64,000 bases of DNA from Coleofasciculus sp. B1-GNL1-01 (GTDB lineage: Bacteria > Cyanobacteriota > Cyanobacteriia > Cyanobacteriales > Coleofasciculaceae), in NCBI GenBank assembly GCA_040220235.1, contig JAVJTO010000070.1; one strand, 5' to 3'. Within the stretch, counting starts at the first letter, position 1; every line of letters starts with the position of its first letter. Made by a program: the position numbers and the translations under genes. The notes beneath the pieces are model-generated. The model searched no databases. It was not told the origin of the DNA and saw nothing but the letters and a program-made list of their open reading frames with translations. This document shows, piece by piece, positions 41,251 to 50,720 of the stretch.

Positions 41251-41874
41251 ATGAGACAACTCTACAGCAAATCTTGGTTCATTGGCGCGATCGCGACTGG
41301 ATTAATGAGTACCTTGGCAACGTCTGTGCAAGCTCAGGATATCTTTGATAATCGGGCTGTGCAATTCCCAGAGGATACGATTGTGGAATTTGAATTCCTG
41401 CAATCTCATGGATCATACCAAGCCGCGTTTGGTGTACGGAATGAAACAACCGGAGAAGAAACGATTCTGTTTCAGGAAGTCAAACCCTATGATGCTTTTG
41501 GCACAAACCAGCCAATACAACCCTCTCGTGGTCAAAACGATCTGGGGACGCAAGCGGATTTTGTCGGAACAGTTGAGGGGGGAACGATATCAAATCAATT
41601 CAACGAGTTTATGTTTAAAGCCAATAACCGCTATGTTTTCTTTCTTGAATCGGTAAGTCCTACGGGTCAAACCCGACGCCGTATTGTTTCGACCCAAAAC
41701 TTGGCTCAGTTTAATGGTCGTTTGGACGGGGGAAGAAAGGGTAATATTACAGGAAGTCGCGTGTCTTGGGAAGATGGAGGACGGGTAGAGGTTGGCAATG
41801 ATGATGATTTCGATGATTTTGTGATTGAGGCAGGGGGATATTTAATTGATTTGAATTGTCCGCCGATTCGGTAA
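41251..41874 (+). CDS. Secreted hypothetical protein
   Basis: Signal peptide (VQA-Q), EFEFLQSHG and acidic WED...DDDFDDF motif. Confidence 0.75.
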   Translation: MRQLYSKSWFIGAIATGLMSTLATSVQAQDIFDNRAVQFPEDTIVEFEFLQSHGSYQAAFGVRNETTGEETILFQEVKPYDAFGTNQPIQPSRGQNDLGTQADFVGTVEGGTISNQFNEFMFKANNRYVFFLESVSPTGQTRRRIVSTQNLAQFNGRLDGGRKGNITGSRVSWEDGGRVEVGNDDDFDDFVIEAGGYLIDLNCPPIR

Positions 41875-41903
41875 TCTTAAGTTTATTTAACGGATGCCTG
41901 AGT

Positions 41904-41940
41904 GACGGTTCCAGATGTAGTCGGCTACCTCTGGAACGTC
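41904..41940. terminator. Stem-loop downstream of 41251-41874
   Basis: GTTCCAGA-T-GTAG/TCGG/CTAC-C-TCTGGAAC. No U-tract follows. Confidence 0.4.
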
Positions 41941-42142
41941 CCCATCTCCCTTATCCTCCTGAGAGAAGCGAAGGAACAGCGGTGCTGGGTACGTCACGAT
42001 CATTCCTGCACCCTGCACTCCCAAATTCAGCCAGATTGCGGAACTTGAGTGACCTGAAATCAGCCTTATGACGATATTTTGCCGCTCAGAGTAAATGTTA
42101 TAATACCTAAAAGCTAGAGAGCCATAGTAGGTATAGGTTGTT

Positions 42143-42526
42143 ATGAGTACAGTGTTAGTCGTAGAGGACGATCTCACCCAACAACATTTGCTCTCTAAGC
42201 TGCTTGAGCGTGTAGGGCTGACAGTGATTGTGGCTGGGGATGGCGTGGAGGCGCTGGAGAAAATTCAGCAATTTCACCCAAATTTGGTGATTTTGGATAT
42301 TGTCCTTCCCCGGATGAATGGCTATGAAGTCTGTCGTCGTCTGAAATCGGAACCTGAGACTGAGAATATTCCGGTGTTAATGTGTTCGGCGAAAAAAGAG
42401 GATTTTGACCGCTACTGGGGAATGAAGCAAGGCGCGGATGCTTACTTAGCCAAGCCTTGTCATCCCCAAGAAATTGTCGAGACTGTAAAGAAATTATTAA
42501 AGTCCCATCATCAAGCGGCAAGCTGA
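42143..42526 (+). CDS. Single-domain CheY/PilH-like response regulator
   Basis: VLVVEDD, ILDIVLP.MNGYEVCR, DRYWGMKQGADAY..KP. Confidence 0.93.
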   Translation: MSTVLVVEDDLTQQHLLSKLLERVGLTVIVAGDGVEALEKIQQFHPNLVILDIVLPRMNGYEVCRRLKSEPETENIPVLMCSAKKEDFDRYWGMKQGADAYLAKPCHPQEIVETVKKLLKSHHQAAS

Positions 42527-42692
42527 TGGGCAATCGTCATTCGTCATGGCTTGAGGAATATTTACAATTAACTAATTCTAGAACTTAACATTAAGTCAGG
42601 GCGGGTTTCGTCACATCTGGGAAGACAATGATAGGAGTAAAACCGCCCCAGAAAGAAGCGCCAGAAAGACGCGCCATGGCACATCTCTACAT

Positions 42693-42885
42693 TCAACACT
42701 CAAAACGTCCTAACCCCACAGATTGCAAAAGCCCTGCCAACACATCAGGATGAGTATGACGTAATTGTAGCGCGATAGCGAGTGACTCATGCCAAATTCC
42801 GGCTTCTGCATAGAGTTGGGCTTGCTGGAGGAAATCTCCTGTCTCCAACTGACTGACGGACTAATTCTGTGGCTAATTCTCGACG
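42693..42885 (-). pseudogene. 3' remnant of a DUF928-like gene
   Basis: A frame not shown in the ORF track reads QLETGDFLQQAQLYAEAGIWHESLAIALQLRHTHPDVLAGLLQSVGL, matching the DUF928 C-terminal pattern (YA..GIW...LL.SVGL). No start codon. Confidence 0.7.
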
Positions 42886-42964
42886 CTACTCTATTTTTGA
42901 AGAGGTAGAATATAATAAGTATAAGTAGCACCGCTCTAAATACAGCGTTTTCCGACTTGCTCAT

Positions 42965-43070
42965 CTGTTCGGCATTTAATTAAACCTTATAAATGCCAAG
43001 AATGGCAAAATCCTTGTAGTGCGAGCATCTTGCTCGCTGCTAATACCCAATTTAAATGCATGACAGCTTA
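42965..43070. mobile_element. MITE-like element, same family as 37915-38018
   Basis: CTGTTCGGCATTTAA...GCGAGCATCTTGCTCGC...TAAATGCATGACAGCTTA. Confidence 0.75.
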
Positions 43071-43290
43071 TAATCCACCAACACAAGAGTAGGAAAAAAC
43101 TATTCCCTGGTGACTGGACTACACTGTGTTAGAAAGTGCTGTAAATCCTAGCTCCAAGCTTAACAATTCACGGGGCAGACCATTTTTCCTTAAAAAGTAA
43201 GTTGCATACACCCTCTAGAAGTCTTTGAGAGGAAGATGAGTTATTTTTCGGTAAATGCTTCCAAGATTTTGACCTATGCCTACTTGACCT

Positions 43291-43803
43291 ATGCCTACTT
43301 ACAGTGTCGGTGATGTTTTAGACATCATCAAAACTTTAACTCCTGAACAGAAGCTAGAATTACAGGGGCAACTCCCTAGTGTTTTAGCGACTATCCCGTC
43401 GGACTCAACACGTCCTGCGAAGAGTCAAAGCATGAGTGGAGTCAATATTACGGGAAGTAGTGATATTGATCTGAGTCAACTTCAAGCTGATGGGGGGAGC
43501 CAGATCAACCAAAGCAAGGCTCAAGCAACATTGCCAAATGCTGATTTGCAGGAAGCCCTGGAGCTGTTACAAAGGTTGAAGCAGGCGATCGCCTGCCATG
43601 ATAAACTTAATCCTCTGGTCAAAGAAGCGGCAGAGGAAAAGATCCAGACTATCCAGAAAGAAGTAGAAAAAGCACAACCTGATAAAGATTTAGTCAGCCA
43701 AGCAATTTCAACCTTGAAAAAAGGATTGGAAGGGGTGGAAGAACTAGCAGAACCCGTAACTAAAGTGGCTAGTTTAGTGGCGAAAGCTTGGATGGTGGTC
43801 TGA
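43291..43803 (+). CDS. Small protein: short N-terminal helix pair, Q/N/S-rich motif, C-terminal helical domain; candidate NLR partner
   Basis: 170-aa ORF whose TGA overlaps the next ATG (TGATG 43801-43805). Confidence 0.85.
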   Translation: MPTYSVGDVLDIIKTLTPEQKLELQGQLPSVLATIPSDSTRPAKSQSMSGVNITGSSDIDLSQLQADGGSQINQSKAQATLPNADLQEALELLQRLKQAIACHDKLNPLVKEAAEEKIQTIQKEVEKAQPDKDLVSQAISTLKKGLEGVEELAEPVTKVASLVAKAWMVV

Positions 43804-46800
43804 TGATACAGGAAGTTCCCCTAAATCCCGGTGACGGCGGTAGTGAACAGGCTATCCACGATGTATCTGTGGTCAATAGTCAAAATGTGACGTTCAATCA
43901 GACGCAAATTATCCAGATCTCAGTGGAAGAGATCAAGACTCGGACACTCATTACGACATCACCCTATAAGGGATTGAAAACGTTTGAGTTAGAGGATAAG
44001 GAGCGGTTTTTTGGGCGAGATCAATGTCTTACTGGCTTGGTGAACGAGCTAGAACAAACTAATCTGATTTTGCTTTTGGGAGCATCGGGAAGTGGCAAGT
44101 CTTCAGTCATTCGAGCCGGTTTAATTCCTTGGTTGGCTCAAAAGTGGGGCAGTTATTTTGTCAGTCTAGTCTTTACGCCGGATCGAGACCCCTTTGATTC
44201 ACTCTATGCCAGTTTGTTGGGCAGGTATAAACAATCAGATTCACAGCTTGCTCGTCTTGTCAAGCCGGAAACATTAACTCAAGTGGTGCGATCGCTCAAA
44301 CATCAAGATGACTACTGGTTTATCCTGATCGATCAGTTTGAGGAGTTATTTACTACTACTGAATCAGACAAGCGGAATGTTTTTATCCAAGGGTTAGTCA
44401 ACCTTGTGAATACCCTAAGTAAAAAGAGCGATCACTCAGTTAAACTGGTAGCAACCATGCGGACAGACTTTCTAGATCGCTTGAGTCCCTATCCGGCTCT
44501 GATTAAACTGACGGATAAGCATCGTCCGATGATTGCTGATTTGCAAGCAGATGAGTTACGCCTAGCTATTGAGCAACCTGCTGCTCATCATGGCGTGGTG
44601 TTTGAATCAGGATTAGTGAAGGAAATTATTGATGATGTACAGGGACAAGCCGGATATTTACCCCTGTTGCAATACACCTTGAATTTGCTCTGGGAGATGG
44701 AAGTTCAGACTGAGAGCATTGAGGATCGGACGCTCAATCTCAGCAACTATCACAAGTTAGGTGGGGTGCGGGGCGCACTTCAGCAGCATGTTGATCGCAT
44801 CTACAGTGCTTTGTCTGACGCCGAACAAGTCGCTACCCGGAGAATTTGTCTCAAGTTAGTTGATATTGGTGCAGATACAAAATCTGGAACAGACTGGAAA
44901 CCTGTACGACGACGTGCTAACCGCTCGGAATTTAGTGAGCCGCTAGAGCAGACTGTTTTAACTCAGTTAGTGAATCAAAACCTGCTGGTGAGTAATCGGG
45001 TAAAAGAGTCTCAAGACAGCACAATCGAGATCGCCCATGAAGTATTACTTACCTCTTGGAAAACGCTGAATATTTGGATCGCGGAAAACCGTCAGGCGAT
45101 CGCCCTGCGGAATCGTTTAAATGATGATGTGATTCAGTGGCAAAAGACAACATCATCTGAGGACTTGTGGTCGGGATCTCGCTTAGAGCAGGCTTTAGAA
45201 CTGAGGCAGAATCAAACCTTTAATCAGGTTCTTGGTGGTTTTAGTCCAACAGCCAATCAGTTTTTAGAGCAAAGTCGGGATAAGCGCGATCAGCTAGAAA
45301 AAGAAAAACTTAGAAGAACTCAACTGACGGTGATAACGGCGATCAGTGTTGCTGTCTTACTAGGAGGTTTCTGGTGGCGCTCTGAGCGATTAAGACAAGA
45401 GACAGTATTGAGAGAAAATATTGCCACGGCAAGAAATCTATTGACCACAGACCCAACTCAAGCAGCAGTTAGATCCATCTACGTCGCAGGACAAAGCGCA
45501 GCTCACTACACAAATCTTTTGAGTTCAACAGAGAGTGTTTTGTTGGATGGTATTCAGAGAGCAAGAGAGGAAAATGTTTTCAATGAACATGAAGGACAAG
45601 TTTTATCTGTTGCCATGAGTCCTGATGGTCAAACAATCGCTAGTGCTGGGGCAGATGGCAAGGTAATACTTATTGATCTTCTAGACTTTTCAAAAGAAGT
45701 CATAGAAAATTTTCAGGATTCTTCAGCTACAAGTGTGGCATTTAGTCACAAGGGGCAATTTTTAGCAAGTGCTGATAGCAATGGAAATGTAAAAATTCGT
45801 CGATTGGAAGATCACTCTCTTGTGTGTGACTCTCCAAGCGAGGATGATAACATTTATTATCAATCAATATACGGTCTTGACCTTAAGACAATAGTGGAAT
45901 TTAATCCTAAAAATGAAACTTTTTTAGTTAATGCAGGTCCCAACAATCAGATACATCAATTACAACTAAGAAATAGAAATTGCAAGAAACAAAATATTTT
46001 GACTTTAGAAGATAAAAATGTAGATCAGAATCACGATTACGAAGTATATCCTCCATTAGCGAGATCTATCGCATTTAGCCCTGATGGACAACAATTAGCT
46101 ATTGGCTATGATTCTGGATTAATATTACATGATCTGTTAAATGAGACCACCCAAGTTTTATGGGAAGGAAGATCTGCAGAACCAGTTGAGTCGATATCTT
46201 TTAAAAATCGTATCTTCTTCAGTATCTGTATTGGTGAATGGGCAGAGGGTAATTCAATAACGATTAAAACACTCGATAAATCTCATAGTGACTTTAGAAC
46301 TCCTGAAGGATTCACAGTACATGAAGACTGTTCTCGCGCTGTTTTAGTAGACTCTGAGACTGACAGGATTATTAGCGGTGGTAATGATCGGGGTGATCGT
46401 AGTAATTTAGTTACCTTCATCTCATGGAAAGAGAGAGATTTATTTTCATTTATTGGTCATAAAGGCAGGGTGAATGCCTTGGCAATGAGTTCCGATAAAA
46501 AGCATCTTGTCAGTGCAGGTAGTGATGGCACAGTTAGACTGTGGAGCGTAGAAAATTTTCCTAACGATGTTGCTAGTCTTTTTAGGAATCAATTCAATGA
46601 GCAGTTAGAGGTTTGGGATTTAGTTGGTCGTCAGTTAAATCTAAAGAAACAAGACGAAGCAATTGAAATTCAAGGGAAAAGCGAAAGTCTAATTAAGACA
46701 GATGGTAAAAGCACTCCATTTGTTTCTCAGCAACGATATCCCAAGAAGTTTTTCGGGTACGATGGTCAGACAGTGATAACAGTAGAAACTATCTCAGCAT

Positions 46801-47375
46801 CTTCAAGCGAAACACCAGGTACTCCTGCTACTCTCCAACAATTAATTCTAATCAATCAAAGAGAAACAAATTCTCAATTAGGAAAAATTGAGCTGTCGGG
46901 TGAAGTTTGGTTTGCAGCCGCTAATCATAAACAGAATAAGCTCATAGTAATCAAACCAGACAAAATTGAGATTTTCAACTTCCAAGGGACACAATTAGAT
47001 TCATTCCCAAACGACAAAGAAGCTAATGTTGCTGCCATTAGCCCCGATGGGAGAATGTTCGCAATAGCTAAAGAGCATTTTAGTCCTGGTTTCCGCGCTA
47101 CTGCTTTACAACTCTTTGATATGAAAGGCAAAGCTATAGCAAACTTTGAGAATGAAGGTATAGTAAGCGTGTTAGGATTTAGTTCTGACAGCAGACACGT
47201 TATAACTGAGAAATTCGGTGAAATTCATTTATTTCCTGCTAATTGGCAAGCCTCCTTAGAAATTCTCTGCGATCGCCTTCGTCATCATCCTGTCTTGACT
47301 AATCCCCAAGACGAGATTGCCAGAGGTGCCAGGGAAACGTGTCAGAGTTATGCTCCAAGCTGGCAAGCCAAGTGA
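43803..47375 (+). CDS. NLR-like STAND NTPase (nSTAND1-type) with a TM helix and WD40 repeats
   Basis: SPYKGL..F, FFGR, GASGSGKSS..RAGL, IDQFEELF, PLLQYTL, EIAHE, TM segment VITAISVAVLLGGFWW, WD40 units (GH.G.V..LAMS.D...LVSAGSDGTVRLW). Confidence 0.92.
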   Translation: MIQEVPLNPGDGGSEQAIHDVSVVNSQNVTFNQTQIIQISVEEIKTRTLITTSPYKGLKTFELEDKERFFGRDQCLTGLVNELEQTNLILLLGASGSGKSSVIRAGLIPWLAQKWGSYFVSLVFTPDRDPFDSLYASLLGRYKQSDSQLARLVKPETLTQVVRSLKHQDDYWFILIDQFEELFTTTESDKRNVFIQGLVNLVNTLSKKSDHSVKLVATMRTDFLDRLSPYPALIKLTDKHRPMIADLQADELRLAIEQPAAHHGVVFESGLVKEIIDDVQGQAGYLPLLQYTLNLLWEMEVQTESIEDRTLNLSNYHKLGGVRGALQQHVDRIYSALSDAEQVATRRICLKLVDIGADTKSGTDWKPVRRRANRSEFSEPLEQTVLTQLVNQNLLVSNRVKESQDSTIEIAHEVLLTSWKTLNIWIAENRQAIALRNRLNDDVIQWQKTTSSEDLWSGSRLEQALELRQNQTFNQVLGGFSPTANQFLEQSRDKRDQLEKEKLRRTQLTVITAISVAVLLGGFWWRSERLRQETVLRENIATARNLLTTDPTQAAVRSIYVAGQSAAHYTNLLSSTESVLLDGIQRAREENVFNEHEGQVLSVAMSPDGQTIASAGADGKVILIDLLDFSKEVIENFQDSSATSVAFSHKGQFLASADSNGNVKIRRLEDHSLVCDSPSEDDNIYYQSIYGLDLKTIVEFNPKNETFLVNAGPNNQIHQLQLRNRNCKKQNILTLEDKNVDQNHDYEVYPPLARSIAFSPDGQQLAIGYDSGLILHDLLNETTQVLWEGRSAEPVESISFKNRIFFSICIGEWAEGNSITIKTLDKSHSDFRTPEGFTVHEDCSRAVLVDSETDRIISGGNDRGDRSNLVTFISWKERDLFSFIGHKGRVNALAMSSDKKHLVSAGSDGTVRLWSVENFPNDVASLFRNQFNEQLEVWDLVGRQLNLKKQDEAIEIQGKSESLIKTDGKSTPFVSQQRYPKKFFGYDGQTVITVETISASSSETPGTPATLQQLILINQRETNSQLGKIELSGEVWFAAANHKQNKLIVIKPDKIEIFNFQGTQLDSFPNDKEANVAAISPDGRMFAIAKEHFSPGFRATALQLFDMKGKAIANFENEGIVSVLGFSSDSRHVITEKFGEIHLFPANWQASLEILCDRLRHHPVLTNPQDEIARGARETCQSYAPSWQAK

Positions 47376-47477
47376 TTGTAAGAGGTAAGGAATTTATTAT
47401 GCTAGAACGGGTGAGGTAGTAAGGATTGACTAGGCAATCATCGCCGCTTCAATGAAGTTTGGCATTGTATGCTAGCC

Positions 47478-47825
47478 TCAAAACAGTTCTTCGCTTTGCA
47501 TCAAGTCCTGTACTTTTCCTACATAACTCACTAGACTCCAGACTTCGTCTTGAACGGAATAGGTAGCTACTACATGAATATCAACGCATCTATATATATA
47601 TTGATCAACGTTTAACAAGTCAAAAGCCTCGTACACCCAAACCATTCTTCGGGAACGAGACCATTGAACGGCAGTGGCACTAACCGCACCCGATGCTACC
47701 AGTAAATCTGCGGTCGCGTTGACAATTCCGGCTGGCAGTATCTTTTCCATTCCGGGCTTCGCGCCCAGAGTGACAATGTTCAGTGCTACCTTACGCGCTG
47801 TGTTACTGGGTTTGTCTTTGTACAT
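47478..47825 (-). pseudogene. Probable N-terminal fragment of an LCM-type class I methyltransferase
   Basis: The N-terminus (KPSNTARKVA) is typical of this family, but no SAM-binding motif follows and the tail looks non-coding. Confidence 0.4.
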
Positions 47826-48080
47826 TTATTTGAATTACCTATCAGAAAAATGATGCTCAAGATTGCTACAAGGCTAGTTGTCGAGATTTTTGAACGACCC
47901 GTTATTGGGTATAATTCCTCACGATTGTGCTTGTGATAGAGGTTTGATAAGATTGCACCTATATACTTTTACAGTATATTGTGTTGAGAATTATCAACTC
48001 TATCTTTTTGATATCCAATGTATCAACATAGGACAAAATCTGTCAAAATAGATGCAGTAGACGTTCCCATCGATGCCGTT

Positions 48081-48971
48081 ATGCCCCAAACACACATCCG
48101 ATTTGATTGGGCGATTAAAAAATTACTGAGAAACAAAGCCAATTATGGTGTTTTGGCAGGTTTCTTGAGTGAGTTGTTGAGGAAACCAATTACGATTCAA
48201 TCAATACTCGAAGGTGAAAGCAATCAACAAGCCGAGGATGACAAGCTAAATCGAGTCGATATTCTCGCGAAAAATGACCAGGGAGAATTAATTCTCATTG
48301 AAGTGCAAAACAGTACAGAGCAAGATTATTTTCACCGGATGCTCTACGGCACATCCAGATTAATTACCGACTTTCTGGAAAAAGGAGAACCCTACGGGAA
48401 CGTCAAAAAAGTCTATTCAGTGAATATCGTCTACTTTTCTTTGGGACAGGGAGATGATTATATTTACCACGGGACATTAGAGTTTCGGGGGCTTCATTTA
48501 GATGATAAATTAGGTCTATCAATTAATCAGCGGAAGTTGTTTAATAGTCAAGATGTTTATGAGATTTTCCCGGAGTATTATGTGATTAAAATCAACAACT
48601 TTAACGAGGTGGCTTCCGATACCCTAGATGAATGGATATATTTCCTGAAAAAGAGCCAAATCAAAGAAGAATTTACTGCCCAAGGGTTAGCGGAAGCGAA
48701 GGAAAAATTACTAGTCGATAGTTTGAGTGAAGCAGAAAGAGCTAACTACCTGAGATTTATGGAGAATCGACGCTACGAAATTAGCCTAATAGAAAGTTCT
48801 CGCTCAGAGGGAAGATTGGAGGGTTTAGAAGAGGGACTCAAGGAGGGTATGGAGCAAGGTAAACAGCAGGAAAAGACGAACATAGCCAGAATCTTAAAAC
48901 AACAAGGGACTGATATTGATACCATCACAGCAGCAACCGGACTGACTAGGGAAGAGATTGAGGAACTATGA
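48081..48971 (+). CDS. Rpn-family PD-(D/E)XK nuclease / putative transposase
   Basis: IRFDWAIKKLL, NRVDI, LIEVQN, RMLYG, EG-repeat tail and TGLTREEIEEL. Confidence 0.9.
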   Translation: MPQTHIRFDWAIKKLLRNKANYGVLAGFLSELLRKPITIQSILEGESNQQAEDDKLNRVDILAKNDQGELILIEVQNSTEQDYFHRMLYGTSRLITDFLEKGEPYGNVKKVYSVNIVYFSLGQGDDYIYHGTLEFRGLHLDDKLGLSINQRKLFNSQDVYEIFPEYYVIKINNFNEVASDTLDEWIYFLKKSQIKEEFTAQGLAEAKEKLLVDSLSEAERANYLRFMENRRYEISLIESSRSEGRLEGLEEGLKEGMEQGKQQEKTNIARILKQQGTDIDTITAATGLTREEIEEL

Positions 48972-49783
48972 ACCAGCCAATCATTCAAGTTGATGCCTTC
49001 ACCTGTACCCCATTTACGGGTAATCCAGCCGCTGTCTGTGTTCTACCGACTCCCCAACCGGATAGCTGGATGCAGAATGTGGCACAGGAGATGAATCTGT
49101 CTGAAACTGCCTTTTTGGTTCCTCAAGAGGATGGGTTTAATCTGCGTTGGTTTACCCCGACAGTAGAAGTCCCTCTTTGTGGTCACGCTACCTTAGCTAG
49201 CGCCCATGTTTTGTGGTCAGAGGGTCATCTGTCCCCGGAGAAACCCGCCCGTTTTTATACCAAAAGCGGCATACTCATCGCCCAGCGTCAGGGTGAATGG
49301 ATTGAGTTAGACTTCCCGGTGAATCATTCCCAACCCACAACCGTCCCCCCAAACCTTGCGTCAGCCTTAGGTGTACCGATTCAGTCCGTTTGGCAGAATT
49401 CTTTGGGCTATTTGGTGGAAGTGGAATCGGAAGAGAGGGTGCGACATCTACAGCCCAATTTTGGCTTACTCAAAACTTTACCGATATCTGATGTTATGGT
49501 TACCAGTCAGACTGATTCGGGTTCGGAGTATGATTTTGTTTCTCGTTTCTTTGCACCAGGGTTAGGGATTGATGAAGATCCGGTGACGGGTGCAGCCCAT
49601 TGTTGTCTAGCACCTTTCTGGCGCGATCGCATCCGTAAAAATGAGTTCTTAGCCTATCAAGCCTCCCATCGAGGAGGGGTCGTCAAGGTACGCTATACCG
49701 GAAGCGATCGCGTCATTTTGGGCGGACAAGCGGTTACCGTGATGCGGGGGGAATTGACGGTAATGGAGAATCAGAGGACTTAG
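48968..49783 (+). CDS. PhzF-family isomerase
   Basis: VDAF...GNPAAV, EMNLSETAF, LCGHATLA, EDPVTGAAH. Confidence 0.95.
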   Translation: MNQPIIQVDAFTCTPFTGNPAAVCVLPTPQPDSWMQNVAQEMNLSETAFLVPQEDGFNLRWFTPTVEVPLCGHATLASAHVLWSEGHLSPEKPARFYTKSGILIAQRQGEWIELDFPVNHSQPTTVPPNLASALGVPIQSVWQNSLGYLVEVESEERVRHLQPNFGLLKTLPISDVMVTSQTDSGSEYDFVSRFFAPGLGIDEDPVTGAAHCCLAPFWRDRIRKNEFLAYQASHRGGVVKVRYTGSDRVILGGQAVTVMRGELTVMENQRT

Positions 49784-49829
49784 TAGCGAGCAAGATGCTC
49801 GCACTACGAAGATTTCGTTATGATTGACA

Positions 49830-50150
49830 TTACGGTTTGGCTGCCGAACGGCTTACTTGATAACCTCGATCGCTCTGATATAAAGGAGAAGGCGTTTCTG
49901 TTTCCTGTTGCACTTGCAAAAAATCGCACAGAATCGTAGCCGCTAAATCCGCCACACCAAATCTCTTTTTATAGACTTCTAAATGAGCGTGGGGAATGGC
50001 TTCAAACAGGAGGCGCTGTTGGGGAAATAGAATCCGTTCAAAGTACCAATTGGGAATATCAGTGATCCGAATGAGCTGAATCTGTTGGCTGGTATTTGTA
50101 TAGTAACAGAGAATTCGATTGGTGTATTCAGTCGGTAAGGAATTAAGCAT
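49830..50150 (-). CDS. DUF1830-family protein
   Basis: ILCYYTN.SQQIQLIRI..IPNWYFERILFPQQRLLFEA. Confidence 0.85.
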   Translation of the reverse strand: MLNSLPTEYTNRILCYYTNTSQQIQLIRITDIPNWYFERILFPQQRLLFEAIPHAHLEVYKKRFGVADLAATILCDFLQVQQETETPSPLYQSDRGYQVSRSAAKP

Positions 50151-50178
50151 GGGAAGTGATACCACAGGAAGGAACCAA

Positions 50179-50377
50179 TTATCGATGAATGAAGCCACAG
50201 TCCACCCCATCAAGGTGTTCAGCATAAGTGGTAAAGGGGGAAATGGCTAAAGGACAAGCTTTCCATTTTCCCTGTACAGCCACGCCTAGCTGTTGACAAG
50301 TAACCTCCCCAGCCTTTTTGGGGTTGATAGTGACCACAATGACGACAGATTGATACTGCATGGTTGATGGTTCTCAT
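50179..50377 (-). pseudogene. Small Cys-rich cyanobacterial protein with a 1-nt frameshift
   Basis: MRTINHAVSICRHCGHYQPQKGWGGY, then in another frame CQQLGVAVQGKWKACPLAISPF. Span is 199 nt (3n+1). Confidence 0.7.
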
Positions 50378-50405
50378 GATTTTATTAAAATGGGTTGATT
50401 AAAAA

Positions 50406-50720
50406 TTAGTTGAGACAGTGGCAGCTATCTGACAATAAATAATTCATGCCTTCACGAATATACGATTCCATGTGTAATCGCATTTCCAATGAATAATAGG
50501 GAAACGTATGCTTACTGCACAGTTTTTTGCCTTGTTCAACAGCTACAGTCTGGGGATCATTCGATAGTTTACACAAAACGTAGAATAGTAAATCCTGGCG
50601 TAGATTGGGACAGGTGAAAAAAATTCGGCAAAATTTGTCTGGATAAGCGTCTAAGGCGTTTTCAATTTCTTCTTGGATTACTTTCAACAGGCGGTTTTCA
50701 ACTGGCAAATTTTTGATCAT
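50406..50720 (-). CDS. ComFB-like small protein
   Basis: VIQEEIENALDAYP...PNLRQDLLFYVL and final IREG resemble cyanobacterial ComFB-like proteins. Confidence 0.55.
   Translation of the reverse strand: MIKNLPVENRLLKVIQEEIENALDAYPDKFCRIFFTCPNLRQDLLFYVLCKLSNDPQTVAVEQGKKLCSKHTFPYYSLEMRLHMESYIREGMNYLLSDSCHCLN

Noticed and set aside
42710..42964. 84-aa ORF from the track
   Set aside because: The recognisable coding signal (DUF928-like) is in a different frame.
48968..49783. Phenazine biosynthesis
   Set aside because: It is an isolated PhzF-family gene with no other phz genes.
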